NCBI GenBank assembly: GCA_050633305.1 | Contig: JBOEGF010000018.1 | Location: forward strand, 832,001-896,000 | Source of the DNA: Nannocystales bacterium | GTDB taxonomy: Bacteria; Myxococcota_A; Polyangia; Nannocystales; Nannocystaceae | Length of the DNA: 64,000 bases | Reading direction: 5' to 3' | Shown here: piece after piece, positions 56,469 to 64,000 of the stretch | Position numbering within the stretch: position 1 is the stretch's first letter | Layout: each line of letters starts with the position of its first letter | The notes under the pieces: model-generated | Database searches by the model: none | What the model saw: the letters and a program-made list of their open reading frames with translations, nothing else | What the model was told of the DNA's origin: nothing | Made by a program: the position numbers and the translations under genes

Positions 56469-58628
56469 CTACTCCTCTTCTTCTTCCTCGCGCTCGCGCG
56501 CATCGATCTCTTCGGGCGAGAGGTGGTGCGGGTTCTCGGCCTCTTCCTCGCCAGTGTCCCCGCCTTCGCGCTCCTCGTCCTCGGGCGGCTCGGAACCATC
56601 GTCCTTCGTCTTTCCGCGTCTGCGGGGATCCTTGTCCTCCGCCCGTGGCTTCTTACCGGCCGCGCCTGGCTTGCCCTTGGTCGGACGGCGGGCCCCAATG
56701 TCCGGGTTGCGCTCGTACAGGCCGATCTTGTGCCCTTCTTCGATCAGCGTGAGGCGCCCTTGGCGGAGCTGACGCTTGAGCCGGTTCTTGTCCTTCTTCT
56801 TGAAGTTCCCGGTCATGAGGAGCGCGTAGGTGGACTCCTTGCACGCCGGCCACTTGCGGCTGGTGTCGCGGGCCGAGACATGGGGTCCCAGGCTCGAGGT
56901 CGCGCACACGACAGCGTCGTCGGGGATCTGCGCCACGAGCTCTTGGAGGTACTCGTATCGTTCGGTGTCGAGCTTTCGAGACAGGCGGTTCCAGCCGGCT
57001 CGGAAGTGGTCGTTGGGGACCATCGCGCCGTACTTCACGCTGACCAACGCGGTCGAGATGAGGACCGCGGTCATCAGGACATGCGGGACCCGTCTTCGGT
57101 CGAGCCCGATCAGCCGCGGCAGTCCGCTCTTGGCCACAGCGATTGCACCCGCGGGCGTCGAGGCCAAGAGGATGGGGAACATCACCGATGAGTACTGGAA
57201 GTGCAGGTTGTAGACGTAGCGGCGGGTCGCCAACCCGAGGAACAAGAACCCGTAGATCATCATGAACCGCTTTTTCCCCGCCAGCAGTGGCAGGAACAGA
57301 AGCGGTTGGAACAGCAGCAGCAAGAAGAAGACGCGGTCCTCGTGCGTGACGACCTGCATCGCGTACGTCGGGTTGGTCGTGAGCGAGACGACGAAGCCCG
57401 CGACCCCCTCGTCCTGGTGCGGGATCATCTCCTTGAAGAAGTACGCGTAGCCGTACGTGTCCTTCTCGGACATCAACAGGCCCGGGTCCGGCATGATCAT
57501 CAGCTTGACGAACGCCAGGTACGACATCGACACCAGCACCATCGCGACGCCGGTGACGTATCGACGCCGCAAGACCGCGTAGGCGCCCAGGAAGCACGCC
57601 AGCAACGACATGTCCTCACGGGTGGCCAGCAGCAGCCCCAGCATGAGCCAAAGGCGGACCTTTGACTTGCTGTCGATGAAGTAGATGACCCACACGACGG
57701 TGGGCACCGCCATCGTCAGCGAGTGGAAGTCGAACATGTTGACGCCGTGGAGCGCCGGGTAGAAGGTGACCGCCCAGGTCATGAGCGCCGCAAGGCGGGG
57801 CTGTTTGAGGGTGCGTTGGGCGATGAGGAAGACGGGGAAAACGGTCGTTGCAAGCCAGATGGACTGGATGAACAGCAGCGTTTCCGCCTGCGGGCGAAGC
57901 CGATAGACCCACGAGAAGATCCAGATGATCGGATCAAAGTGGGCGCTGACGTGCTTCTCCATCTTGCAGTAGGAGCACCCCAGGAAGTCGTCGAACGCGG
58001 TGTTCCAGAAGATGTTGTCGTAGATGCCGAGGTCGAAGATGTGCGTGCCGATGTTGCGGTGATCGAGCACCGCCAGGTACGACATCATCCCCGCGTAGAA
58101 TGCGAACGCGCCGACGACGGAGACCCAGTGGACCAGTTTGGGCTCGCCGTTCTCCAGCGCGGGCTTGTGCGCCCGCAGCCGGTGAAGGAATAGCGTGATG
58201 AGCACGGTCGCACCCATCAGCAGCGTCAGGGTGAACAGCGGGTGCGAGTTCTCGATGCCGCGGCTCATGGCGGCGGTGAGGAGCGGGACCGCCAGCAGCA
58301 CGAACGTGTACCGGTTGAGCCCGCGGAACACCTCTTCGAGCGTGGCTTGGATGCCGGTCCGCTTGAGGTAGAGGTAGACCCCACCGTACGCGAGCAGGCC
58401 GACGAGCGCCGAGAGGCCCATCGCCTCGACCACGTCGAAGCGAAGATCCGCGTCGAGCTGGTTGGTGTTCACGTAGCCGATTTCGTGAACGTTGGAGACT
58501 TGCCAGTACGTCAGTCCGGGCACGACCACGATCGCAACCGTGAGCGCGAACCACGACATCGCGTTGGTGACCAGTCGATCCAGCCAGGAAATGGGCTCTG
58601 CACCCTCGGAGACCGCCTTATTTGCCAT
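56469..58628 (-). CDS. DUF2079-like membrane protein (predicted GT-C fold)
   Basis: FDLGIYDN..WN, HF.PI, LL.IQ, FDFH, REDM, FQYS, PHVSAR; long charged C-terminal tail. Confidence 0.8.
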   Translation of the reverse strand: MANKAVSEGAEPISWLDRLVTNAMSWFALTVAIVVVPGLTYWQVSNVHEIGYVNTNQLDADLRFDVVEAMGLSALVGLLAYGGVYLYLKRTGIQATLEEVFRGLNRYTFVLLAVPLLTAAMSRGIENSHPLFTLTLLMGATVLITLFLHRLRAHKPALENGEPKLVHWVSVVGAFAFYAGMMSYLAVLDHRNIGTHIFDLGIYDNIFWNTAFDDFLGCSYCKMEKHVSAHFDPIIWIFSWVYRLRPQAETLLFIQSIWLATTVFPVFLIAQRTLKQPRLAALMTWAVTFYPALHGVNMFDFHSLTMAVPTVVWVIYFIDSKSKVRLWLMLGLLLATREDMSLLACFLGAYAVLRRRYVTGVAMVLVSMSYLAFVKLMIMPDPGLLMSEKDTYGYAYFFKEMIPHQDEGVAGFVVSLTTNPTYAMQVVTHEDRVFFLLLLFQPLLFLPLLAGKKRFMMIYGFLFLGLATRRYVYNLHFQYSSVMFPILLASTPAGAIAVAKSGLPRLIGLDRRRVPHVLMTAVLISTALVSVKYGAMVPNDHFRAGWNRLSRKLDTERYEYLQELVAQIPDDAVVCATSSLGPHVSARDTSRKWPACKESTYALLMTGNFKKKDKNRLKRQLRQGRLTLIEEGHKIGLYERNPDIGARRPTKGKPGAAGKKPRAEDKDPRRRGKTKDDGSEPPEDEEREGGDTGEEEAENPHHLSPEEIDAREREEEEEE

Positions 58629-58719
58629 CTGGAAACTCGGGCGCGGACTATACTACCGGCCTCCCGCTTCGGCTATCCTTCGCCGCCTACGCCCCTGGGA
58701 CCCCAGGGCTAACGTCACC

Positions 58720-59313
58720 ATGTCGAATTACGGCAACAAGCAGAAGCACGAATCCAAGAACCCGGCGCAACGTGCGCTGTTGAACCGCTTCAAGCAGGCC
58801 GCGGTTCAGCTCGTCGATCAGGTCGCGCCCAAGACCGTGTTGGAGGTCGGGTGTGGAGAGGGCTACATGCTTGAGGTTCTGGCCGAGGCTCGGCCGTCGC
58901 TGGAGCTCACGGGCATCGACATCTCCAAGGACGCGGTCGCGGACGCGTCGGCGCGCCTGGGCGATCGCGCGACCGTCAAGGTCGAAGACGCCCGAGACCT
59001 CAGCGCTTCCGGCGAGTCTTACGATCTCGTCGTGATGCTGGAGGTTCTCGAGCACATCCCGAATCCGGCGCAGATGCTTCCGGTTCTCGAAGGCCTCACA
59101 AAGGGGCCTCTGCTGCTTTCGGTGCCGTGGGAGCCGTTCTTCCGGGGGCTCAACTTCATGCGAGGCAAGCACCTCACGGCTTGGGGCAACGACCCCGAGC
59201 ACGTCAACCATTGGGGCCGGCGAAGCTTTCTCGAATTCGTCGGGTCGCGCTTTGAGGTCCTCGAAACGCCGGTCGTGTTTCCATGGACGATGGTGCTCGC
59301 GAAGCTCCGGTAG
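58720..59313 (+). CDS. class I SAM-dependent methyltransferase
   Basis: VLEVGCGEG, GIDIS, YDLV..LEVLEHIPNP, LSVPWEP, PEHVNHW; TAACGT 4 nt upstream. Confidence 0.88.
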   Translation: MSNYGNKQKHESKNPAQRALLNRFKQAAVQLVDQVAPKTVLEVGCGEGYMLEVLAEARPSLELTGIDISKDAVADASARLGDRATVKVEDARDLSASGESYDLVVMLEVLEHIPNPAQMLPVLEGLTKGPLLLSVPWEPFFRGLNFMRGKHLTAWGNDPEHVNHWGRRSFLEFVGSRFEVLETPVVFPWTMVLAKLR

Positions 59314-59339
59314 CCACTGAGCGACCGGCGTCGCGCCGG

Positions 59340-60269
59340 ATGCTGGTGGCGTTGAGCCGCCTCGCGCTTGGGGCTGTGTTGCTCGCCACGCTGCTGTATT
59401 TCCTCGGACCCGATTGGGGAGCAGTTCGCGATCAATTCAAGTTCCACGTGGGCTACTTCGGCCTCGGTTTCCTTGGGACCGCGCTTGCGACCGCGTTCAC
59501 GGCGGCGCGGTGGCGCTTGCTCAACGAGCGGATGACCGAGACGAGGCTTCCCTACGGTTCGTACTTCCACTACGTCGCCGTCACGCGGTTCATCGGGCAG
59601 TTCGCCCCGATGCTGCTGATGGAGTTCGTGGGCCGTGGGATGGGGCTGAGGGCGGCGGGCAGCAAGCAGGGGCTTGGTCGGCTCGTGACCCCGGTGTTGC
59701 TCGAGCGAGTCCTCGATGCGGCCCTTCCGTGCACGACGCTCGCTTGGCTGTTCTTGGTGCTCGAAGGTCCGCCCGTCTTCTCTGAGTATCGTTGGTTCTG
59801 GCTCGTCGGGATCACCGTGGGCTTTGCCGTTGCCGCGATCCCCTTCATCGGCCCGACTGCGAACGTGTTGTTGAAGGCATACGCATGGGTGAAGAAGTTT
59901 CGCGGCGCCGTACTGGTCATCGAGCCGGTTGACGTCTCGGCGCGGACTTCGGCTTGGGTCGCCCTGTACTCGGTGGGGCGATACGCCACGGTTTTGCTGC
60001 AGTTCATCGGGATGGGTGCGGCTGCCGGGGCGGTCCTGTCGACGTTCTCCGTCGTGGGTTCGTTCTCGGTCGCGCAGCTGTCGGCCTTGTTGGCCATAAC
60101 CCCCGGCGGTCTGGGAATTCAGGACGTTGGATGGGCAGGAGCGCTGAAATGGCTCGGAGCCGAGAAGGTCACGATCACCTTGTTCGTGTTCGGGTTCCGG
60201 GCTTCTATGATCTCCAACTTCGGCCTGGTTTCCTTGCTGTCGCTCCCTCTGCGGAAGTCCAAGACGTAG
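59340..60269 (+). CDS. lysylphosphatidylglycerol synthase TM / UPF0104 flippase-like membrane protein
   Basis: ARWRLL, LLERVLD, ITPGGLG..D, R in the last TM; about 7-8 TMs. Confidence 0.8.
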   Translation: MLVALSRLALGAVLLATLLYFLGPDWGAVRDQFKFHVGYFGLGFLGTALATAFTAARWRLLNERMTETRLPYGSYFHYVAVTRFIGQFAPMLLMEFVGRGMGLRAAGSKQGLGRLVTPVLLERVLDAALPCTTLAWLFLVLEGPPVFSEYRWFWLVGITVGFAVAAIPFIGPTANVLLKAYAWVKKFRGAVLVIEPVDVSARTSAWVALYSVGRYATVLLQFIGMGAAAGAVLSTFSVVGSFSVAQLSALLAITPGGLGIQDVGWAGALKWLGAEKVTITLFVFGFRASMISNFGLVSLLSLPLRKSKT

Positions 60270-60359
60270 CGCGTGCTGCGCTACGGATGTCACGAGCAGG
60301 ACCAGAATCGGGACGCGGTGTGGGTCACTCCGCCTCGCGACTGGGGCCGAGCACCGGGC

Positions 60360-60365
60360 TATACT
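60360..60365 (+). promoter_or_regulatory. putative -10 hexamer TATACT (leaderless-type)
   Basis: 9 nt upstream of ATG 60375; no SD. Confidence 0.5.
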
Positions 60366-60374
60366 CCCGAGTCT

Positions 60375-62840
60375 ATGCTTCGGTCTCGTTTAGGTTTTTC
60401 CATTCCGCTGATGTCCATTGCTGCTGTCCTGGCTGGGTGTTCGGACGAACCGCGGGCCGAGGCCGACGACACGACGGCGACCTCTGGCCCGGTCACGACG
60501 GCGACCAACCCGACGGGCAATGACACGTCCTCGACGTCGGGGGACGAGACCAGCACTGGCCCTGCGGCAGACGCGTCGTCGACCACCGGCGGTCCGCCGA
60601 TCGACACGTGCGAGACCATCGACTGCGACGGCGTCTGCTGTGACGCCGCCGAGGAGTGTGTCCTCCAAGCATGTGTGCCCGCTTGTGACAGTGGCGTCCG
60701 CTGCGGCGATGACCTCACGGTCTGCTGCCCCGGCGGCGATGTTTGCCTGGGCAACGAGTGCCTCACCCCGGGTGCGGACTGCCTGGACTCCTACGACTGC
60801 CCCGAAGGCGAGTTCTGCGAGCTCACACTCAACCCCGACGAGCCCGAGGGACAGTGCTTGTCGCAGCCCGAGGAACTCACCTGCGAGATTCTCCCGGACT
60901 TCCAGGACATCGAACTCACGTTGGAGTTCTCCTGGGAGGAACAGCCGATCATCAGCAACCCCGTCGTGGCTGACATCGACGGCGACGACCTGCCCGAGAT
61001 CATCGTCAACACGACCTTCTACGACGAGAACGGGGACGGCAACGGCAACACGGGGAGTTCCGAGGGACACCGCACCGGCATCATCGTCGTCTTCGACGGC
61101 ACCACGGGTGCCGAGCAGTTCCGGGTCCTCAACGATCCTCAAAACTGCCAAGCTTCCGAGGCCTGCAACATCTATGGGTCCTACGGACGAGCGACGATCG
61201 GTGTCGCGGACGTCGACGGCAACGACCTCCCGGACATCATCTACGCAGGGCGTCCGCTGCCCAGCCCCACGCTCAACCAGAGCTACGTGCACGCGTTCAA
61301 CGGGGTGGGGCAGCCGCTTTGGCGTTCGTCCGAACCAATCTACATCCGCCACGGCGCGCCCACGTTCGCCAACTTCGATGACGATCCGGAGTCGGAGATC
61401 ATCTACGGCGCCGCGCTCATCGACAACGACGGCACCGTCGTCTGGAACGAGGATGGCGACGGTGGATTGTTCGGTAGCCCCGCGAACTACCGCGGGCCCA
61501 TCTCTGTCGCTGCGGATGTGACTGGCGACGGATATCCCGAGATCGTCTCGGGCCGGCATGCGTGGACGGTCGACTGGGTTTCAGGCGGCGGACCGCCCAC
61601 GGTGACGCTCACCGAACTCTGGGATGCAGGGGGCGCCGATGGCTTCCCGGCCGTCGCTGACTTCGACCAGAACGGGACGCCCGAGGTTGTGTTGGTCGCC
61701 GGCGGCGAGGTCCGAGTTCTCGACGGAGCGACCGGAGCGCTGTGGTGCGGAGTTGATCCCGACGGCAGCGATTGCGATGGCAACGACGCGGCTCGGACTC
61801 AGCCGCTGCCGTTCCCCGAGATCATCGTGGACGTCGACGAAGACCGAGGCGGTCCTCCCACCGTCGCAGACTTCGACGGCGACGGACGCCCCGAGTTTGC
61901 GGCCGCAGGCGCGGGCGGCTACGTCGTCTTCGACCTCAACCGAGCCGGCGAAGAGGTCTCGCAGCCCGATGGCGCGCTACCTCCGGGACCCGGCGATCTT
62001 TACGTTCGGTGGTCGGCCGCGACCCAAGACCAAACCTCGCGTTCCACTGGTTCGTCGGTGTTCGACTTCCAGGGCGACGGCGTTGCCGAGGTCCTGTACG
62101 CCGACGAGTGCTTCATGCGGGTGTTCAACGGGGAGACTGGCGAGGTCATCGCGGAGGAGATGAACTCCAGCGCTACGATTCACGAGTACCCGATCGTTGT
62201 CGACGCCGATGGGGATGGGAACTCGGAGATCCTCGTGGTGGCGAACGACAACAACGCTGCCGATCGCTGCTCGGACTTCGAGGACTACGAGCCGCGACGC
62301 GGCATCTTCATGTACGGCGACCCCAACGACTCCTGGGTCCGTACGCGCAAGGTCTGGAACTCGCACACCTATCACGTGACCAACTCCGACGCGCGCGGGC
62401 TGACCCCTGCCGCGGAGGACGACAACTGGACCGTTCCCGGGCTGAACAACTACCGACAGAACTTCCAGGGCGCTGGGGTGTTCAACGCGGCTGACCTCGC
62501 CGTCGATCTGCAGGTCGACTTCGAAAACTGCCTGGACGAAGCGTTCGAGATTCAGGCGATCGTTCGCAACGAGGGCGCGCTGGGAGTCTCCGACGGCATC
62601 GACGTCACCCTCTACGCCGGGACCGACAACAGCGCCCCGGTTGTCAGCACCAAGCAGACCGAGGTTGGGCTGCTCCCCGGTGCGTTCACGATCGTCAGCT
62701 GGCTTGTCGACGCGCCCGGCGGTGACCCGCTCGAGTTCTTCGTCGAAATCGACTCCGACGACGAAAGTCCGGTTCTCGAGTGTGACGAGCGGGACAACAC
62801 CGCCGCGACCGCGACGGTGAGCTGTCCGCCCGCCGGCTGA
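60375..62840 (+). CDS. FG-GAP/VCBS-repeat beta-propeller lipoprotein with a Cys-rich N-module and C-terminal CARDB-like Ig domain
   Basis: Lipobox LAGC; T/S linker; CC-rich module; repeated D(I/F/V)DGDG.PE(I/V) Ca-binding loops; ADLAV..VRNEG...VLECDE.DN. Confidence 0.85.
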   Translation: MLRSRLGFSIPLMSIAAVLAGCSDEPRAEADDTTATSGPVTTATNPTGNDTSSTSGDETSTGPAADASSTTGGPPIDTCETIDCDGVCCDAAEECVLQACVPACDSGVRCGDDLTVCCPGGDVCLGNECLTPGADCLDSYDCPEGEFCELTLNPDEPEGQCLSQPEELTCEILPDFQDIELTLEFSWEEQPIISNPVVADIDGDDLPEIIVNTTFYDENGDGNGNTGSSEGHRTGIIVVFDGTTGAEQFRVLNDPQNCQASEACNIYGSYGRATIGVADVDGNDLPDIIYAGRPLPSPTLNQSYVHAFNGVGQPLWRSSEPIYIRHGAPTFANFDDDPESEIIYGAALIDNDGTVVWNEDGDGGLFGSPANYRGPISVAADVTGDGYPEIVSGRHAWTVDWVSGGGPPTVTLTELWDAGGADGFPAVADFDQNGTPEVVLVAGGEVRVLDGATGALWCGVDPDGSDCDGNDAARTQPLPFPEIIVDVDEDRGGPPTVADFDGDGRPEFAAAGAGGYVVFDLNRAGEEVSQPDGALPPGPGDLYVRWSAATQDQTSRSTGSSVFDFQGDGVAEVLYADECFMRVFNGETGEVIAEEMNSSATIHEYPIVVDADGDGNSEILVVANDNNAADRCSDFEDYEPRRGIFMYGDPNDSWVRTRKVWNSHTYHVTNSDARGLTPAAEDDNWTVPGLNNYRQNFQGAGVFNAADLAVDLQVDFENCLDEAFEIQAIVRNEGALGVSDGIDVTLYAGTDNSAPVVSTKQTEVGLLPGAFTIVSWLVDAPGGDPLEFFVEIDSDDESPVLECDERDNTAATATVSCPPAG

Positions 62841-62863
62841 GTCCAGTTCTAGGGCCGCTTGAG

Positions 62864-62898
62864 ACGCACACTTGCCCGCAGGCGAGTGTGCGTTTTTT
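62864..62898 (+). terminator. rho-independent terminator
   Basis: 13-bp stem ACGCACACTTGCC / GGCGAGTGTGCGT (one G-U pair), CGCA loop, then a T run; 24 nt after the stop at 62840. Confidence 0.8.
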
Positions 62899-62984
62899 CA
62901 TGCGTTCGACGTTCCGACGGTCACCCGCCCGGCTGTGGTTCGCCCGCCGGAACTAGCGTAGATTCTCCCGGACTTTGCTCGCCG

Positions 62985-64000
62985 ATGAGTGACAACCCCG
63001 CATCGGAGAACCCGGGAGCCTGGTTCGACCGCGCTCGTGTGGCGGTCGTCTGGCTCGTTGCCCTCGCCGTCGTACTGACCTTCCGTGACTACGGGGTCAC
63101 GTTGGACGAGGGGTTTCACCTCTCGTACGGTTTCCACATCATCCGCTTCTACGGGTCTGGTTTCTCGGACCTGACGGCGCTTACGTATCGGATCGACTAC
63201 CTCTACGGCGGTGGGTTCGACGCAACAGGGATGATCTTCCGAGCCTGGACGAGGGCTTTCCTGAACTCCTACGAGGCGATTCACCTCTACGGAGCCTTGA
63301 TCGGCGTCCTTGGGATCGCTGGGACAGGGCGCCTGGCTCGACTGATCGCAGGGCCCCGGGCGGGTTTTCTTGCCGTCTGCATGTTGGCGACAACGTCGGT
63401 CTACTACGGACACATGTTCAACAACCCCAAGGACCTACCGTTCGCGGTCGGCTACGTGTGGGGGTTGTACTTCCTGCTGCGCATCTACGATGCGTTCCCG
63501 AGGTTGCCTCGGGGCTTGGTCATCAAGGCCTCAATCGCGCTCGGGTTTGCGATGAGCGTCCGCATCGGCGGACTCCTGCTGTTGTGTTACCTCGGGCTTC
63601 TCGCGGTGGTCTTCGTGGCTCAGTACGCCTGGGTCAGTCGGAGCGTGAAGGGGACCTACAAGGTCGCGGAGCGGGTGCTTCTGCAGGTGTCGCTCGTCGG
63701 TGCAGGCGCGTGGGCCGTCATGCTCGTGTGGTGGCCGTGGGCGCTGTTTGACCCCATCCGGCGCCCGCTAGCGGCGTTAACTCGGATGTCGCAGTTCATC
63801 GACCACCGCCGCTACATGCCGTTCGCGGGCGAACAGGTCTACAACCTCGATCCGCCGTGGGACTACCTGCTCCACTACTTCGCCTTCAAGATGCCGGAGT
63901 ACGTGGTTGTGGTGTTCTGCGCAGCGGCCTTCGTTGCGCTTGGAGCCCTTGCAAGCGGAGCCGCGCGGTCTGTCGGCTTCCGCCAGGTGCTGCGGTTCTT
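62985..64000 (+). CDS. GT39-like (PMT/ArnT) membrane glycosyltransferase, partial (runs off window end)
   Basis: Not in the ORF track. Read manually from ATG 62985: MSDNPASENPGAWFDR...TFRDYGVTLDEGFH..YG...YLYGGGFD...YYGHMFNNPKDLPFA...WPW. DE motif after TM1. Confidence 0.8.
   Translation, partial: MSDNPASENPGAWFDRARVAVVWLVALAVVLTFRDYGVTLDEGFHLSYGFHIIRFYGSGFSDLTALTYRIDYLYGGGFDATGMIFRAWTRAFLNSYEAIHLYGALIGVLGIAGTGRLARLIAGPRAGFLAVCMLATTSVYYGHMFNNPKDLPFAVGYVWGLYFLLRIYDAFPRLPRGLVIKASIALGFAMSVRIGGLLLLCYLGLLAVVFVAQYAWVSRSVKGTYKVAERVLLQVSLVGAGAWAVMLVWWPWALFDPIRRPLAALTRMSQFIDHRRYMPFAGEQVYNLDPPWDYLLHYFAFKMPEYVVVVFCAAAFVALGALASGAARSVGFRQVLRF

Noticed and set aside
14590..62840. vWA and FG-GAP lipoproteins as an integrin alpha/beta-like pair
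   Set aside because: They are about 45 kb apart in unrelated contexts, and nothing in the sequence links them.
62898..63413. Minus-strand 171-aa ORF and short plus-strand ORFs at the window end
   Set aside because: They overlap the open GT39-like frame starting at 62985, which has recognisable motifs.
1..64000. tRNA, rRNA, CRISPR arrays, IS elements, prophage genes
   Set aside because: None recognised by eye; intergenic gaps are short and lack such signatures. A small ncRNA cannot be excluded without a covariance-model search.

Overview
GC-rich (about 67% by spot counts), gene-dense chromosomal window. The gene content points to a myxobacterium, most likely Nannocystaceae-like (inference from Cys-rich lipoproteins with Ser/Thr/Gly/Asp-rich linkers, Ser/Thr kinases, and PEGA/TPR/FHA/vWA/FG-GAP proteins). 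I support about 44 CDSs. I saw no rRNA, tRNA, CRISPR array, integrase or transposase. Left to right: (1) an operon of exported proteins with two tandem di-heme (DHOR/bCcP-MauG superfamily) paralogues, next to a cytochrome-c-like lipoprotein with a contracted CXCH motif; (2) an orphan DNA methyltransferase coupled to an NCS2 permease; (3) an SDR, a GldA/F/G-DUF4340-type ABC operon and a metallophosphoesterase; (4) a vWA lipoprotein, a phosphatase, a large FHA-TM-tandem-DsbA fusion, an HrpB-like helicase, an SGNH lipoprotein and LysM-MepA; (5) a kinase-TPR-solute-binding-lipoprotein run ending in two lower-GC Cys-rich lipoproteins; (6) an M16 peptidase, a serine hydrolase and a kinase/phosphatase trio; (7) about 19 kb of envelope glycosylation/sulfation genes (two arylsulfotransferases, 3-4 GT-C-like membrane proteins, a Thr-type sulfatase-like enzyme, a methyltransferase, a flippase-like protein, and IgGFc-binding and FG-GAP lipoproteins). 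Across the window, many unit-leading genes have a TANNNT hexamer 4-10 nt before the start codon and no Shine-Dalgarno, which suggests widespread leaderless transcription. All family calls come from recognising motifs by eye; no database search was run.
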